Shown piece by piece: positions 14,690 to 29,770 of a stretch of DNA of 64,000 nt; the first letter of the stretch is position 1, and each line of letters begins with the position of its first letter. The translations under genes and the position numbers were made by a program. The notes under the pieces are model-generated. The model saw only the letters and a program-made list of their open reading frames with translations. It had not been told where the DNA came from and ran no database searches. Source of the DNA: Epiperipatus broadwayi (taxonomy: Eukaryota > Animalia > Onychophora); NCBI GenBank assembly GCA_028023455.1, contig JAQFVV010000004.1:14632001-14696000 (forward strand). The letters are read 5' to 3'.

Positions 14690-15770
14690 AGGTATATTTC
14701 AAATGGAAGCTATTAGGTATTAAACCAGATATAGTGAAAAAGATAAAGGAAAAGATAAAGATATTGATATATGTTTTGTTGATTTGGAAAAAGGATTTGA
14801 TAGAGTAATCTAGAATAAACTTATGATCATCTTTAAAAAATCAAGGAGTATATTTCAAAAGAGGGAATATTGATTTGGAATAGGTATACTGGCCAAAAGA
14901 TAAGAATTAGACTGGAGAGCAATGAGACTGCTAAAGTGAATATAAAAAGAGAAGTTTAAGCAGAGATGCAGTATGTTAAGTGTTGAGGAGCAAATATTGG
15001 AGGTAGAATAATAAAATATATAAAATATGCAGGGATGATATGGCTCTTATAGCTGAGAATGAAAAGTGTCTTCAGAATATGTTGAATAAATTGGAGGAAG
15101 CATATATAACATATGGAACAAAAGATTAATGTTGAGAAAAAGTATTTATGGATAGAGAAGAATACAAAAAGACAACAAATTGAACATGATCACATAGATT
15201 AACAGGTAAAAGGATTTAAATAGTTGGATAATTGGTTAAGTGATGATGGAAAAAGTGAAGATGAAGTTAAAGAATAGCATTGGCAAAGGATGTATTTATT
15301 AAGAGAAGAATTTTGTGTGGATATTTGAAGAGAGAATAAAGAAATTTATTAATTAAATGCCATGTATGGAGTGTGCTATTGCATAGTTGTGAAACTTGGA
15401 CTATGAATAATAAAATTAGGAACAGATTGGAAGCCTTTGAGATATGTACATAAAGAAGAATGGAAAATACCAGCTGGATGATAAAATAATAAATGAAGAA
15501 CTTTTGAAATGTAAATGAAAAAAGATTAGATTAATTGAAGAAATTAGAAAGATAAAGAATATTGGACAAATATTAAAAAAGTATAGTTTAATGAAAGATA
15601 TTTGGGGGGAAATGGTAAGTGGAAGCAAGAAGGAAGGATAGAAAAGATTGACATTGTTGGATTATATAAGAGATGGGAAGTTGGGTAGTGAAGAGAATGG
15701 AGTGAAAAAAATGGCTGAATTAATGATGTGATTATTCTGGGGACTTCTTCATGGAACACAATATTATTGA
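14690..15770 (+). pseudogene. RTE-clade LINE reverse transcriptase, degraded 3' portion
   Basis: ICFVDLEKGFDRV, YA(G)DD-like motif, LQNMLNKL, CETWT...RLEAFE motifs across broken frames. Confidence 0.8.
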
Positions 15771-16139
15771 TAATGATAAGGCAAAACTTTCATAGTAAAC
15801 TGAAAGTGTCATTGTACCTGGACACAAAACAACCTGCCATGATAAAGCTGGATGTGTAAGGCACACCTGAAATCCCTTGTTTCAATAGTTGTATGGCAAC
15901 TACACTTTATATCTAGCCAATGGTATTAGATGAATGTTCCATCAGATATTTATACAAATAAATAGTGTATATACATCCCTAGTAAAATATTTACCTATAC
16001 TGTATGTTGTGATTTTGTGTTTATTGCAGTCACATATAAATACAATATACTTCACACACACTTGACAGTTTGGCATTCAATGACTAAAGAAAATTTCCTC
16101 AATGGATTTATATTTTCCACACAGTGGATACAAAATATT

Positions 16140-19100
16140 AATATGGAAAAATTGGTTCATTGGAGGAATTCAACCAAACTATCCATGGGTGCTTTTTTTT
16201 ATCTTCAAGAAACTCAGAGTAAAGAATTAACTTAAGTTTGGAAACATTGTTGTGTGCAGATGAATGAAATCTTGCATTCACAATCAGCACCATTGCTTTC
16301 AACAGAGCATGATTTTGACAACATGTTATCTTTACTGTCACTGTTTTTGTCCACCTAACAATAATGCAGAAATATCACTTCACCTTCTATACTCAAGAGG
16401 AGGGAAGAAAGTGAGAGATTTTGCTGCAAAGCTCAGGAAACAAGCTTTTAGCCATTGACTCAGGGATTTTTTTTAAACAAAGTGCTAAGAGTTCACTTTA
16501 TCTTTGGAATACAAGGTCATAAATCACAGGTCCAAACTGTTAATAGATCCAAATACTACCTTTGAGTCCATGGTCCTGCAACCATATATGTCTAAATCTA
16601 TAGTAATTTAGACCACACTTTAAATAAAAGTAGTCCCAGAATTAAAACTATGAATAGGAAAGCTGGATCATTAAAAGCCTCTTTAATTAGAACAAGCTTA
16701 AGACATCTACTAGGGATAATATTGCACATATCATATGTTTGTTTAGAAATATGGAGTGTAATTTTTGCACACATATCAGACATATAGAAGCTGCTTGTTT
16801 TAAAAAGAAATAGCAAGCCAGCAAAAAAGGAATGGGAAAGTCTATTTTAAAAAAATCAATGAGTGAAATAAAATTATTTAGAATATCAATAATGTTAAAG
16901 GTATGAATGGCACTGATCCAATCTTTAAGACATGAATTATTATTAATGGTATACTGAATTTAATAGAATTGGATCTGCACTTACCATTATATCAAAAATA
17001 TATGGGCTATTTTTAATTAAAAAATCAACTGCAACTTAGCAGTAAAATAATTGCCAATTGTCAAGGCAATAAAAACATGGTGGGGAAGTGGGGTGGCAAG
17101 GTAAAAATCACTTTTCCAAAAATGGCATATATCTGCTATGCCTAGTTGTATTGGCAGGTAAACATAGTAATTTCTTAGATCATGACAAACCAAAAAATGA
17201 CTATTTGTATTTGATAATATGCTGAGTCTATACTTATGCCATATGATCCACTTATTGCTCAGTAAAAATATAAAATACATCATCATTGTAGATTATTGCC
17301 ATTGGCCTTGAGAGCTAAAGTGGAGGCTGAGTTTTATACAAGGCACACCACAGGGGTAGTTGCATTCATAACCTCATCAGAATGTAGTCCCCAATTATAC
17401 TGATTACCATCAGAATGATGGGGTGTAGGTCTGTAGTGATTATTGATATATGATTAACAAAGCACTGGCAGTTGATAATTATCAGCCATCAGTCAAACAT
17501 ACTTTATTCACATTATCTTATAGATAGGTTTTCACAAAAAGAAATATAAGATGTGCTTTGCAGCTACTAGCTGGTGATCAGTCTTCAGGGTATTGGCCAT
17601 TATTTCCTTAAAGGTTTATTTAAGGTGAAATGGTTATCTTTTGGAATATCTATTGCTCCAGTCAAAAAGTGGCCAACCAAAATAAGTCTAGGAAAATGCA
17701 TTTTTGATGCAAAAAAACTTGAATTCCTTAGATATAGAACAGATATAGATGGCATCCATTCAACAACAAAAAATAATTAAAGCAATTAAAGAAGCAAAGA
17801 CTCCTATGAACAAAAAAGTTATATTATTTCTGGCTTTATCAATAATTATAAAAATTGTCTCCATCACAAACAGAGTTTACTGAACAGTTGGATAAAAATG
17901 CAGTCTAGAAGTGGAACACAGAGCTTTTGAAAAACTAAAAAATCTGATGTCAGATTTAATAGAATTCACTCACTATGATCTAAAAAAGTTCTGTTATTAC
18001 AATTTAATATATCACTATTGGGAATGGATGCAGTGGTGTAGGAATAATGATGGTATACCATCCTCTATTGTATTAATATCAAAATGTATTTAAAAAGCTG
18101 AGAAAATTTATGTTCAGATTGACAGAGAGACCATAGCTCTGATCAGTGCCATCAAGAATATTCATAAATATCTTTATGGTAGGTTATTTATATTATAGAC
18201 TAATCACAAACCACTGCTGAGAATTTTTGCATCTGATACAGTGATACTTCAGCATGTTTTATCACAAATGCTGAGCTAGTTCATTTTTTGTATGAGGCAA
18301 TGGCTTTAAGTTGTAATTTATTAAGGGGGGGGGGGGAAATCCACTTATAGATGCATTGAATCAGTTGCCTGAAGGAGTTGTAAGCTATATAAATTCAAAG
18401 TCAATCAATCAATATGATAATCTTGGAATCAAAATAAAGTTAAAATTTAATCATTTTCTTAATAGATCAATGGTGACACTGGATTTCAAAAGTTACTGAA
18501 ATGAATCCATCAGTTGGACAAACTGATACTTGATGAGGTGGCCTTTTGGATTCAAAGGCTAGAGATCTCAGTTGAGAACAACTGCATTGCCATTGGATAA
18601 AAAATTATAATTTCTTCAGCTGGACAATTCCAAAAACTTAAAATTTTAGATAAGGAGCTGGTGGCCAGCATTGGACTCTGACATAAAATCTAAAGTCTAT
18701 CATTGTTGGAAAAGTAAGATGAACCAAGACATGCAGCAAAACATAAAACTTGTCAATGTTGTTGATGTTGACTTATGGAAGGTCAATGTTTTTAATAGAT
18801 ATTGATGCATACTCCAAATGTCTCTTTACAATCCATGGCCTGCCTAAAACTATGATAGACAATGACACAATCTTTACATCAGATTTATTCAGACCAGTTT
18901 GTTCTACCAATTGCATTGAACTACTATTAAACTCATTATTCCACCCTGAGAGTAATGGCCAAGCTGAGAGATTTATTCAAGACCTTAAAGAATGTTTAAG
19001 AAAGCTACCACAAGTAGCAAAAATACCTATATGTATTGCAAGAATGCTATTGGTAAAGCAGCACTAGGTACAGATATGTGCAATACACCAGCTGAACTAC

Positions 19101-19380
19101 AATTTAACAGGGTTCTGACAGCTACCTTATCAGTTTTTAAGCCTAATCAAGCTAATAAAAAAGTGAAAATAGATTTACTGAAATGCAAATAGGAATCCAA
19201 GTCTTATGTTGTATGTATGGAAGAATTACTAAATAGGTTCTAGTAGTTACAATTAAGTTAAAAAGATTAAAGACAGTATTTGTTCAATGCTTAGATGAAC
19301 AGCAACAACCAGGCAACTAACAATCACCAGTCAGCAGTGAAGAGTCGATAAAATTCAAAGACACCAGATCTGCTGATGAG
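16140..19380 (+). mobile_element. degraded Ty3/Gypsy LTR retrotransposon (gag-protease-RT-RNaseH-integrase)
   Basis: Gag start KIGSLEEF, QEEG..DFAAKLRKQA, CCHC knuckle CNFCTHIRHIEAAC (16757-16798), RT LSFGISIAP / KCIFDAKKLEFL, RNaseH NHKPLLRIF, integrase IDAYSK..SNGQAERFIQ..TPAEL. Confidence 0.9.
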
Positions 19381-19779
19381 CACATGATACCTATAGTTTC
19401 TTTTTTTTTTTTAAAAAAATAAAATTTATTAGCTAAAAAGATACATGAAAAAAGGCTTACATATAGGCTTGAGTTTTGTCTTAACTACTGATACTAGACA
19501 TTATTATCTCTTTCTACCAAGTGAGGCTGAGGTGTATTTAATTTTCTTAGGATAGGTTGACCCTGGTCCAGGATTCAATGTGTAATCTATTGGGTGCCAG
19601 AAGATGGTCTCTGTCATGAAAACTTGTCAAAATTTTAACAAAGTTGTCTACATGAAATTTATATAAAAGAGAACCTGATGATAATTGAACCAGAACTGAA
19701 GAGGCTAGGAAGTAATAAAGATGGGGTCCTACATCCTACTGACTAAACTCTCCATCGATGATTTTAGCCTGGGAGAGGG

Positions 19780-19980
19780 AATGATATTACTCAACTTAAC
19801 TTTAAGTAAGAAACTTTTCCAAATTATAATCTTATCTTGATCAGGTTCAGTATTCCTCACTACAAGGCAATGAATATAAGTATAGATAAAATATAACCAA
19901 TGACATAAACAGACCAATAGGTGAAGATACTCAGTGAATTTAATTGCTCACATTAAGAAAAAATGATCTGGCTATAAACT
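19780..19980. repeat. interspersed repeat family B, copy 2
   Basis: Similarity to 14190-14645. Confidence 0.65.
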
Positions 19981-20634
19981 GTGGTCCATTTGTTGATAAA
20001 ATCATGCAACATGGATATTACACTAGTTGCTCCATATTATACTAATACAGTATCTTGTCTAATGATTGATATTGAATTTATATATTTATATTATGTATGT
20101 GTTTACATGTGCGGAATATATATATATCTAATAATGCATAACTGCTACAAATATGCACAAACAATATTTTAATGATAATAAAATAATTTATATCTTATTG
20201 TATACGCGTCAACCATTATCAAATTGTGAATAACACTCTAATTGTCCGATAAGATGGCACAGGAAATAATAAAAGCAAGTGTTTTTACATTCCTCTTTCC
20301 TCTAACAATGGAATGCAATTATATTTAGAATTAACTAAGTTTTTCCACAAAATTTTGAAAACTCCAAATCAAAGAAATAAAGTAATCATCAAAGTGCCAT
20401 TTAAATGATGAACGAAATTATATCAGCAAAAATACTTTTTAAATCTGAATTAAAACCTAATATTCTATTTCATCCACAATCAACAGAAAGTCAAACGGAT
20501 TGTATTTGAGCTTTTTTTTTTAAAAAAAAAAAAAAACACAATTGATATTGATTTCGTGTGTTAATTGAGTTATCTTAATTTTAATATAAATTAATAATCT
20601 AATTTATTAATAATATTTTCTTTTTCTAATCTTT

Positions 20635-20870
20635 CAAGTCGATCCATTAAAGTGTATAGATTTGCTATCTTAATATAAACCGAGCACTGATTATATATAT
20701 GTGTGTCAGAGATGATGATCCTCACCAACTGATGAGTGCTGGATCAGAATGAAATATGTATATTGGAAATCATTTATCTTTTTCACATGTATGTGGTTGT
20801 GAGTATCGGTTATATTGGATAGACTGAATGACTGTAGGAAGCGTAAAAGATTTGGGTTCAAATCCCCTTT
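20635..20870 (+). mobile_element. hammerhead-bearing family C, copy C2
   Basis: Opposite-orientation homologue of C1/C3/C6, ending gggttcaaatcccc. Confidence 0.85.
20725..20766 (+). ncRNA. minimal type I hammerhead ribozyme (C2)
   Basis: ccaa CTGATGA gtgct ggatc agaat GAAA tatgt ATA ttgg; core intact, stem II weakened. Confidence 0.7.
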
Positions 20871-21089
20871 AATTATGTTATAATTTTGTTATTTAATATG
20901 TTTTTATTGTATAGTTTGTCATAAATAATAATAATTCTGTAGTAATCTTTAGATTTGTAATTCTATATCTGTTAGTTTGCATAAATTAAATATATTGAAA
21001 TTCAGCTTAATTTAAACTTGTTTAACTTATACAAATATATATATATATATTGCTAATGAAGATGGTGAATTAATGAATTTCAAGAAGGA

Positions 21090-21420
21090 GGTGGGCATGT
21101 TATGATGGATAATATTTTACTAAATTCATTATCAGTCCACTGCAAAATAAGGCTTTCAAATTAATCTAGCTTCTCCAATTCAATATTTTTCACTTTTTAC
21201 AATCTCTTCCAATAAGATGCAAACCTCAGCTCTATTTCAGTCACATAATTCTTTCAATAATATTTGTTAGTCCTCTAATCTATGTTTTAATGTTCAATCT
21301 CTCATTGTCAGAGTCAATGTTTATCTTTTTCTATGTTGCTGCATTGTCTTAAGTCTTCATATCACTTTTTTGTTAAGTGTTCACGTCTCAGAATTATATC
21401 TTGACACTTATAAAATTCAT
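21090..21420 (-). pseudogene. RTE-like LINE 3' fragment
   Basis: Minus-strand remnant resembling ETW.LTK...L...Q...IRG.T...LK...H..R. Confidence 0.45.
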
Positions 21421-22938
21421 TTACTTAAATCTTTTTTAAATTATATTGACATATTTCCTTTTAATTAATATTTACTTCTATAATAAAAGTACTCCATCCA
21501 TTATGTTTCCATATGTGTTAAAAAATCAAATCAAGATATTTAGTCTTATTTTTTTTAAAAAGTCAATGAACATTGTTTTAATATTTTTAACTTTGTTTTT
21601 AATTCTTTTTTTTTTTTTATTTGCTAACTTTTGAAACATTTCCTGAAGCTCTAAAATATTATTTTCAAAAGAAGCACTTTATCTGAAAAATCTGAATGAT
21701 TTAAATAATCATCATTTACTTTTAATCCACAAACTACATTCTCTAAAAATCCTGTAAAACATTTTTGGAGTTATAAAATCCCTCATTATATATCCTAAAA
21801 TTGTTAACTATTTGTTAATCTAATCACTGCTACAGCCTTTCTAAATCTATATCTTGATTTTTCATAGTTTCTATCATTACAAAAATGCCCATAAAGATAA
21901 ACACCCTTTTCATAACCTACCAATCCAAAGAAAATATATAATAACCAATTAGCTATTAAAACTTATGATTTATATATATATAATGTGTAATAAAAAATTT
22001 AATAATAGCTATATAATGAAAACAAGTCTTTTAATTATATAAGACAAAAAATAATTGTTTGCGTTGAATAATTGGTATTATTTATGATGTTTTTATTAGC
22101 AACTTCATATTGATAATATTAATATTATATATTTGAGGGAATTTGTAAGGATCCCATCTTTTCAGTCAGAACTCAGTGAGATCACAGAAATACAGTAAAT
22201 AACGAAGAGTATAAAGCAATGAGTAAAGAATGCTGGTATTTAAATAAAATAACAGTTTAATTAATAAAATTATTAATGCTGAACAAGTTGCTAATTTACG
22301 TAAGCATGCATTATGAAGTTATACATTAAATATAAAAAATGACTATAATTAATCTTATCAAAGCCTCAATCTATGTTCCAAATGATAAATCTCGAAAGTA
22401 AAGATAAACATTTGAACATCCAATCATCTTAACATATTAATGTTAGCAATGACATTCCAATGTTCATATATATCTGAATTAGTATATAATTGAATTTTTT
22501 ATTTTCCAAACTAATATCATCTCTGAATAATATTGAATTAAAATAATTTAGCCAAAATATGTCATTAACAATAAATGTTAATTATTCAAGATATTTTTGA
22601 AGTATGTAAATGGCATTGCATTTGCATAATTTTTGATTTACCTATTAGAATGCTATTTCTATTTTTCTTTTTCAATTAATTAAAATATCTAAATACAATA
22701 GAGCCAGGATATCTTCTATATTTTCCAACCAAGCCCATTTTGCATACATTGAACATCATATGTAATAGTTTACATTTGTTTGATAAGCTTTGATTATCAA
22801 TAGAATATGTATGTATTGTTTACTAAATTGATCGTGTATAGCATTTTTTTTGAATGTACATGTATATAAAATTGATGCTTTCCTATATGGATAGTTTGCA
22901 TATATAAATAAATAAAATTTTAAAAATAATAAAAATGT

Positions 22939-23392
22939 AAACATCACATGATCACCATTTCTTATGCTTGCTTATAATTGTTATTAAAACAGGCAAAACT
23001 CTCCATATAGTATTGCCACTCAGTTCAAGCCAGAGTAATCAATGGATGCCAGAAGGCTTGTGCATAAAATCTGAGTTCAGACCTATATGACTATATAAGC
23101 TGATGAGCTTGGATTGAAAATATTGTGTTTTCAGTTTAAAACTTGTAGTTTTGTAGTTAAGTAGAGATAAAAGATGGCTTCTGGAGGGCAACATTAGATT
23201 GTAAGATCTAGGTGCAGTGCTCTCAGATCCGAGGCTCCTCACTGACTAAGGCCACAAGCCAGAAATTAGTTTGGGGATATTGGATAAGTAGGCACTAGAT
23301 GGGGATTTTATGCACATCTTTTGGCATCCATTGATTACTTCAGTTTGCACTGAGTGGCAATACTGTATGGAGAGTTCTGCCTGTTTTAATAA
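22939..23392. mobile_element. foldback family A copy A3 with one-sided tail
   Basis: ~90-bp IRs at 22981-23070 and 23305-23392; 42-bp left tail; 13-bp direct repeat with 1 mismatch (22928-22940 / 23388-23400) brackets tail plus element. Confidence 0.85.
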
Positions 23393-24134
23393 AAAGGTAA
23401 TTATTAAATGATAAATTGAGAGGACATATGTATTTATTATGTGTGCTCACTCATTTATGTATATTCAAAAAATAAAAACAATAACAAATTCACTGTACCA
23501 TATTTTTTAAAGTAAATTTAATAATGAAATGTCAGACTTTTATTACAATTAAAGGAACTTTGGACAATATCTTTTTTCTTTAATAATTTTTAGTCAGCAG
23601 AGTGTGGCTTCTCTAATTGTTTTGTTTTGTTTGTAAATCTATCAATTTCAGAATCTATGCATTCATCCCTAGTTAATGTTATCTATTTCAGATTTTCGTT
23701 TAAATGCTTTAAATTTTAAGCCTTATGATGCAATATCAGAACAATTTACAGTTTTGTTTTTGCTATTACTAAATTGATATCTTTCATTTTTTACTTAAGA
23801 AAAATATTTCATAAATTGCATTAAATTTTTTAAAACTTTTAACTTTACATTTAGAAAATATTTCATTACATGAAATATTATACATATCAAATTTGGAAAA
23901 CATAATAAAGTGAATAATAAATGCTCAAGCTTTTAATTGAACAGTATAAGTTTGGTAGATTGCATAATTGTGTGAAAAGTGTATATACTATTGAGAATTA
24001 ATAAACTGCCTTAGCACAAAATGTATTAAATTTATCAATTTCAATGTTTTTCCTTTTTGTTTATTTACATTTTTTTTGCATAGTATATAATTAAAATAAT
24101 GATTATTGATATGGCTTATGTCATTGCTTCATTG

Positions 24135-24188
24135 TATAACAAATACTATGAAAAATTATTATATAACAAATACTATGAAAAATTATTA
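24135..24188. repeat. 27-bp perfect tandem duplication
   Basis: tataacaaatactatgaaaaattatta x2. Confidence 0.9.
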
Positions 24189-25069
24189 TACAATGTTTTA
24201 AACAAAAGATAAAGTAATAATAGTAAATGTTAAATTATCTGAAGTAAAATTCAATGGAAACTTTAGTAATTTTGAAATTCCAATTGTCAGTACTTTATTT
24301 TCATTGTTATTTTCTATCCAATTGGAAGAAAGATATAAAAAATATTGATATGGCACTTAATAAGTCTGACTTCATAAGATTGTTTTTGCTGATTTTCTGT
24401 AGAATTTCTACTACAGCTTCAACTCTTTGAAACAAGTACTTGTCGATCTCCAGGAAGCAATTTAGAGAACTTCAAAACAGATAATGGATTTGAAGATGTT
24501 TTTTTTCTAGTAACTTATTATGCAAGAACTTGGGTCACTAAACTAAGCTATGCTAGTTATTCTTTTCTATTTATTGCCTTTTATCCAGCCTCTGATTTTC
24601 TAATAATACTGACACTATTCTTATGATGTTATTGTCTCCTAAACTGATCTTCCTGGCTTTTTTTAATTTTTTGTCTTGCACATTTTAAATAAACATGTTA
24701 TTAATTTCTTTGATGAAGATTTATTCTTATTTTCAATAAACACATTAATTTCTTTTATCTCAAAAATAATTAATTACTCTATATGTAAATTTATAAAAGT
24801 AATAAAAAAATGTTTTATATAATTCTAATTAAAAAGAAAAGAAAAACAAATCAAAACATTTCTTAACATACAACATATACAATAATAAAGTAATATAGTG
24901 ATTTTAAAAATATATGGAAGATTTGAATAAAGAAAGAAATTTAAGAGGATTTTTTTTTAAATAGCACAACTTTGTGTATGTTGTATAGTTTTTATCACTA
25001 TGATATGAGATTTTAATATCTCAATATATTTTTTTTTAATCAGTTTACTCTGGCTTTCTTTCAATTATT

Positions 25070-25079
25070 ACACACACAG

Positions 25080-25157
<78 letters not shown>
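25070..25157. repeat. (CA)n(TA)n microsatellite
   Basis: Directly visible. Confidence 0.97.
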
Positions 25158-25161
<4 letters not shown>

Positions 25162-27074
25162 TGGAGCCACAAAGTACATTATATTTTGTTCCAAGCCCTC
25201 TTGCATTCAATGTGCATTGTGTATAATCGTTTTCCTTTTGTTTATATACATTGATTAGATTTATTGAACTACAAATGTATAGTACTTTCAATAGACACAT
25301 ATTTATAATGCAGATGTTTTTTTGTATGTATATATAAATCAAAATTATAATATAGTTTTTAAAAATACTAATAATAATATAGTTATTAATAATAAATTGA
25401 GTGGATATTTATTTTATTTTACTCAATGTGTATTTATTTACTCATGCATAACTGAATCAATGAGAATAAGGAAAAAACCCTAACTCCTACCATACTTTTA
25501 TCTTTAAAAAGCTCTGAGTGATATTCATTTTTCTCAATTTTTTTTTCTTATAGAAACAATAGACGTGCCTCTTTATCAAGAATCTAAGATCTCTCTAATG
25601 TCAAAGTTTTTAAATCCATATTACATTAAATATGCTTCAAAATTTTGAAACACTTTTACTCCTAAAAATGTTTAATTAAGTAAAATATTGCACATCAAAT
25701 TTAGGAAGGATAATATAGAGGAATAAAATATACCACTTTCAACATAGTTTATTAATATATATATATAATCTGTTTGAACTTGACAGGTGAGAAGCAAATG
25801 GCTGCTAAATATTAAAATATATGAATTTTGATGTATACAGTGTAATTTGTGGTTTGACTGTATACACAAAAATAGTATATATATATATGACAATAGATGG
25901 CGTTATACCAAAAACACCTTCAAGCGTTTGTTTACATATAATAAAAATAGAAATGTGATTGCACAAACACATTACCTCTTATCAATATAAGTATTGATAT
26001 ATGACTGATGGCATGAGGGGCCAACAGACACTGTATTATCCAAAATTACTGAACAAAAAAAATGGAAAGAAAATGCTAAAAAATATAATTTAATGAACAG
26101 TTACGTTTTTTTTAAATTTGGATTCTTTTTTCAAAAATATATTGGAAGTATATTAAAAAGGCTGATTTTTTAAATATTTTAAGATGGACTTATTGATGAT
26201 ATCTATAAATCAGATGCTCTTTTTATAATAAATAAATACTCTGAAAAACCTTCTAATGTTCATGACTATAATTTACTTAAATCTATGCTATCACATATAA
26301 ACATAATTTTTCATCTACTTTATATACTGAAATCTATATGCTGTCATCTATATTGATTTTGTAAAATGTTGCGCAATCTCATGAGACTTTTTTTGTAATT
26401 CTTTGTTTTCTAACACCTTTATATGTATAATAAATTTAAAATGTAAAATAATTTTCTACTGTATTAATTATAATATTAGATAAATTTTACTACAGAAACC
26501 TGTGATATTTCATCTTGTGGCAATTCAGAAAATAATCTTTTCATCTTTGAGAAAAACATTCTGAAATATTCATGATGTATGCTACATTCTTAATTTCATT
26601 TAAAAATTCTTCAAAGTACAATCTTAAATTTAATGTTTCATTTTTAATATTATTTACTAAATTATCTTCTGAATTGTTTTATTTGCAACCATTTGTTAAT
26701 ATTATTTATTTTAGGTAATCTAGTAAACTATACAAGTGCATTATAATTAATTAAATAAATAAACTTTTCCAGAGTTTTACAACAAATTACTTGATCAGAA
26801 TCAATTTTAGTTTTCAAGGAATGTCCCATAATGGTATAAATGTTATGTTTAAAAGCTTTTTCATAATTTCTCATCTTTTAATAAAAGCAGAAAACAAAGA
26901 ATACAAGCAATGCAATTTTTTTTTACAGTATATAATGCTGAAGTAATGCCACATATTAGCAAATTAAAAGAATGTTATAAACAATGCACATAAACCACAT
27001 GGCAATTTAAATTAATTATTATAGAATATTTAAAAACCAGGTACTCTTCACAAACCTGGGAGCTTAATTGTAAG

Positions 27075-27335
27075 TATAGGGGATTTAAACTCATATTATC
27101 AAGCACCATTCCACTATCCACACTATCTCATACAGCTGATACATATGATCACACACATGTAGAAAAGATAAATAATCACCAATATACACATTTCGTGCTA
27201 AACCAGCACTCATCTGTTGGTCCAGATTATCATCTCCCACACATATATATAATCAGTGCTCAGTTTATATTAAGATAGCAAATCTTCATACTTTAATGGA
27301 CAGGCTTCAATCTACTTCAAACTCCAACTTTTCAG
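27075..27335 (-). mobile_element. hammerhead-bearing family C, copy C3
   Basis: Homologous to C1 and C6. Confidence 0.88.
27178..27223 (-). ncRNA. hammerhead ribozyme (C3), core point mutant
   Basis: Reverse complement: ggaccaa CAGATGA gtgct ggttt agcac GAAA tgtgt ATA ttggt; perfect stems I and II, U4>A in the core. Confidence 0.7.
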
Positions 27336-29059
27336 TCATAGTTTTGTAGTCATCTTTTAATCATTTATTTTTTTCAAAAAACAAAGATGGAGGCAAATAA
27401 AATAAACATCCTTAATAATAAAAACAACATGCATCTATTTAGTAAATATAAACTTTTACAACTCAATTATCTAATTATGGTTGATGTAGAATTTGTTACT
27501 TGAATATGCCTAACAATTTAAATATATTAACAATGTTGAAATTAAAGATTTCTTATTTGTTTTCTTAAACGTAAATATCATATTTACATATATACTTTTA
27601 TTTTCATTGTTTAGTTTGTTCAATAATTAAATTTAAACCCATGATGCATTTATGAAGATTTTGTACAGAGCAGCTTTACAAATTACAGTTTTAGATATAA
27701 AAATAAAGAAACAAAAAAAAAATTATACTATTTTTAGTTATGCATTATTATCTGCACCAAATAAGTATTCTCACTTATTATCAACAGTTTAAGTTCTACT
27801 GGTCATGCTTAAAAACAGTATTTAACATTTTTTATAAAGTGGATAACTATTTTTTTTTCATTAATCTGTACACTAATACAATATTAAAATTATATCACCT
27901 GTGATGTTTATTTAAACACATACTCCATGATATGAATAGCATGAGGAAAGTCTATTGAAAATGTTTTATAAATATTAGATTAAAATAATAAACTTTAAAT
28001 AAAGTTCATGCTTTAGTTAGATTTTCATATTCATATGCCAAGTAATGATGCAAATCTCATTTTAAAGTGGGATTATACAAAAATGCAAAAAAATATAAGC
28101 TAGAAAAATGCCATTAAACTATAATACAGTTTTGCTTTAACTTCAACCAGAACTGATAAATCGACTTTGTCACCTGAAGTCAGTCTTAAAATCTAAACCG
28201 TTTAAGATCATAAGAGCTTAAGTGCAGAGATAGCACACTAGTCCAACAAGTTTATGACCTTTTTATATGTAGGTCAAACAATTCTTTTTAAAAGATTTAA
28301 GAATTTTCTATGAAATAGCTGACTCCGCTTTGGTTGGAAAATAGGTATCTAGCTATCCTTAGATAAAAAATAAAACCAGAATAGGAAATCACTTAAACTT
28401 CATCACCTGATAGTTGGTAAGCTTGGTGAATATTTCTTTCTCTTTTACCATTTCTCCATGAGGAACTGCTAGAAAAATATGTCACTTTTTATAGATCATT
28501 TATTATAAAAGCCTATTTTTCTACTTATTTAAAATAATCTATTGAAGAAAGCAAGAGATAATAATAGGAAAAAGTATGCATTAAATAAAAGAAATATTTA
28601 AAAACACATAGCCCAAAAATAAAAAATTATAGAACTAAAAAATTGCAGAGAAGTGAAACAAAATAAATTAAAATATAATAAAAAACTTACAGAATTAAAA
28701 AAAAAATCATAACAGTAAATCATTTTTTGAGTTTATAGTAGTAGCAAAAAAATACTTGATAGCATTTTTATATTTTGTTTTAGATGTAGTCTTTTCTGTA
28801 GAAATTATTGCTATACAACTTAATTGATTTTGAAATATTATTTAAATATGAATTTTAAATTTTCATTTAGAAAATTGCCATTGACTGCTGTTATTTTTAT
28901 AATAATGTGTGTAGAATTGTTTTGAGTCACATAGCAATTTTCACCTGAGACAAGATAATGTATAACTCAAATAATTTCTTCTTTTAATAACAATAATCTT
29001 CTTAAACTTTACCCTCCTGACATCCATCTTACTTCTGCATGTAATAATAAATTTTTGTA

Positions 29060-29770
29060 TTCAGAGTCCATGTCTTTACAAAGATTTAAAAATAAACGGC
29101 TGTTAATGGCATGGCTTTTAATAAAGTTATAATTTTGACAGCATCCTCAAGCACAGTGTTCAATTCCATTGCTAATTTTTTTGCTGCAAGGGCCTCTCGA
29201 TGGATCAGGCAGTGTGTAAAAGTTACATGATTATTACCAGAAGCTTTAACAAATGATTTAAAACCAATATTTTTACCAGTCATTGTTTTTGTACCATCTG
29301 TGCATATTCCAAAACAATTTTTCCATTCTAAATCTTCAGTTTTAAAAAATTTGTCTACTTTATTATATATGTCTTCCTCTCTTGTATGTTCTTCCAAAGA
29401 ATGACAAAATAACATTTTTTTCTCAATGTTTTCTTTATAAATGTATCTGACATACACTAATATTTGAGCTATTTTTGAAATATCAGTTGTTTCATCCAAC
29501 TGAATTGCAAATATTGGGCTTTCTTTAAGTCTAGTAATAAGTTGCTCAAATTGGTCATTGCTAATTTCAGAAATTCTATTAGTGACAGTGTCATTTGACA
29601 AAGGATTTTTCTGAATTTCATCACCATATTTACTTCCATGAAGTATTTCTACCATTTTAATAGCAGCAGGTAATATAAGATATTCTGCAGTGGTGTATGG
29701 CTTTTTATTTTTAGCAATCAGATATGAAACTTCATATGATAGAAGTAAATATTTTTCAATTTCTCCAATC
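29060..29770 (-). pseudogene. hAT transposase fragment, Buster/Charlie (SCAND3/ZBED8-like) type
   Basis: PLSNDTVTNRI..FAIQLDETTDIS..AQILVYVRY..CTDG..TMTG..THCLIHREALAAK; upstream SYEVSYLIAKNKKPYTTAE.LILPA; truncated and frameshifted. Confidence 0.92.

Noticed and set aside
23095-23125. CTGATGA-GCTTGGATT-GAAA in family A as a hammerhead
   Set aside because: Core words are present, but stem II and stem I cannot pair and other A arms vary at CTGATGA. Kept only as a weak hint.
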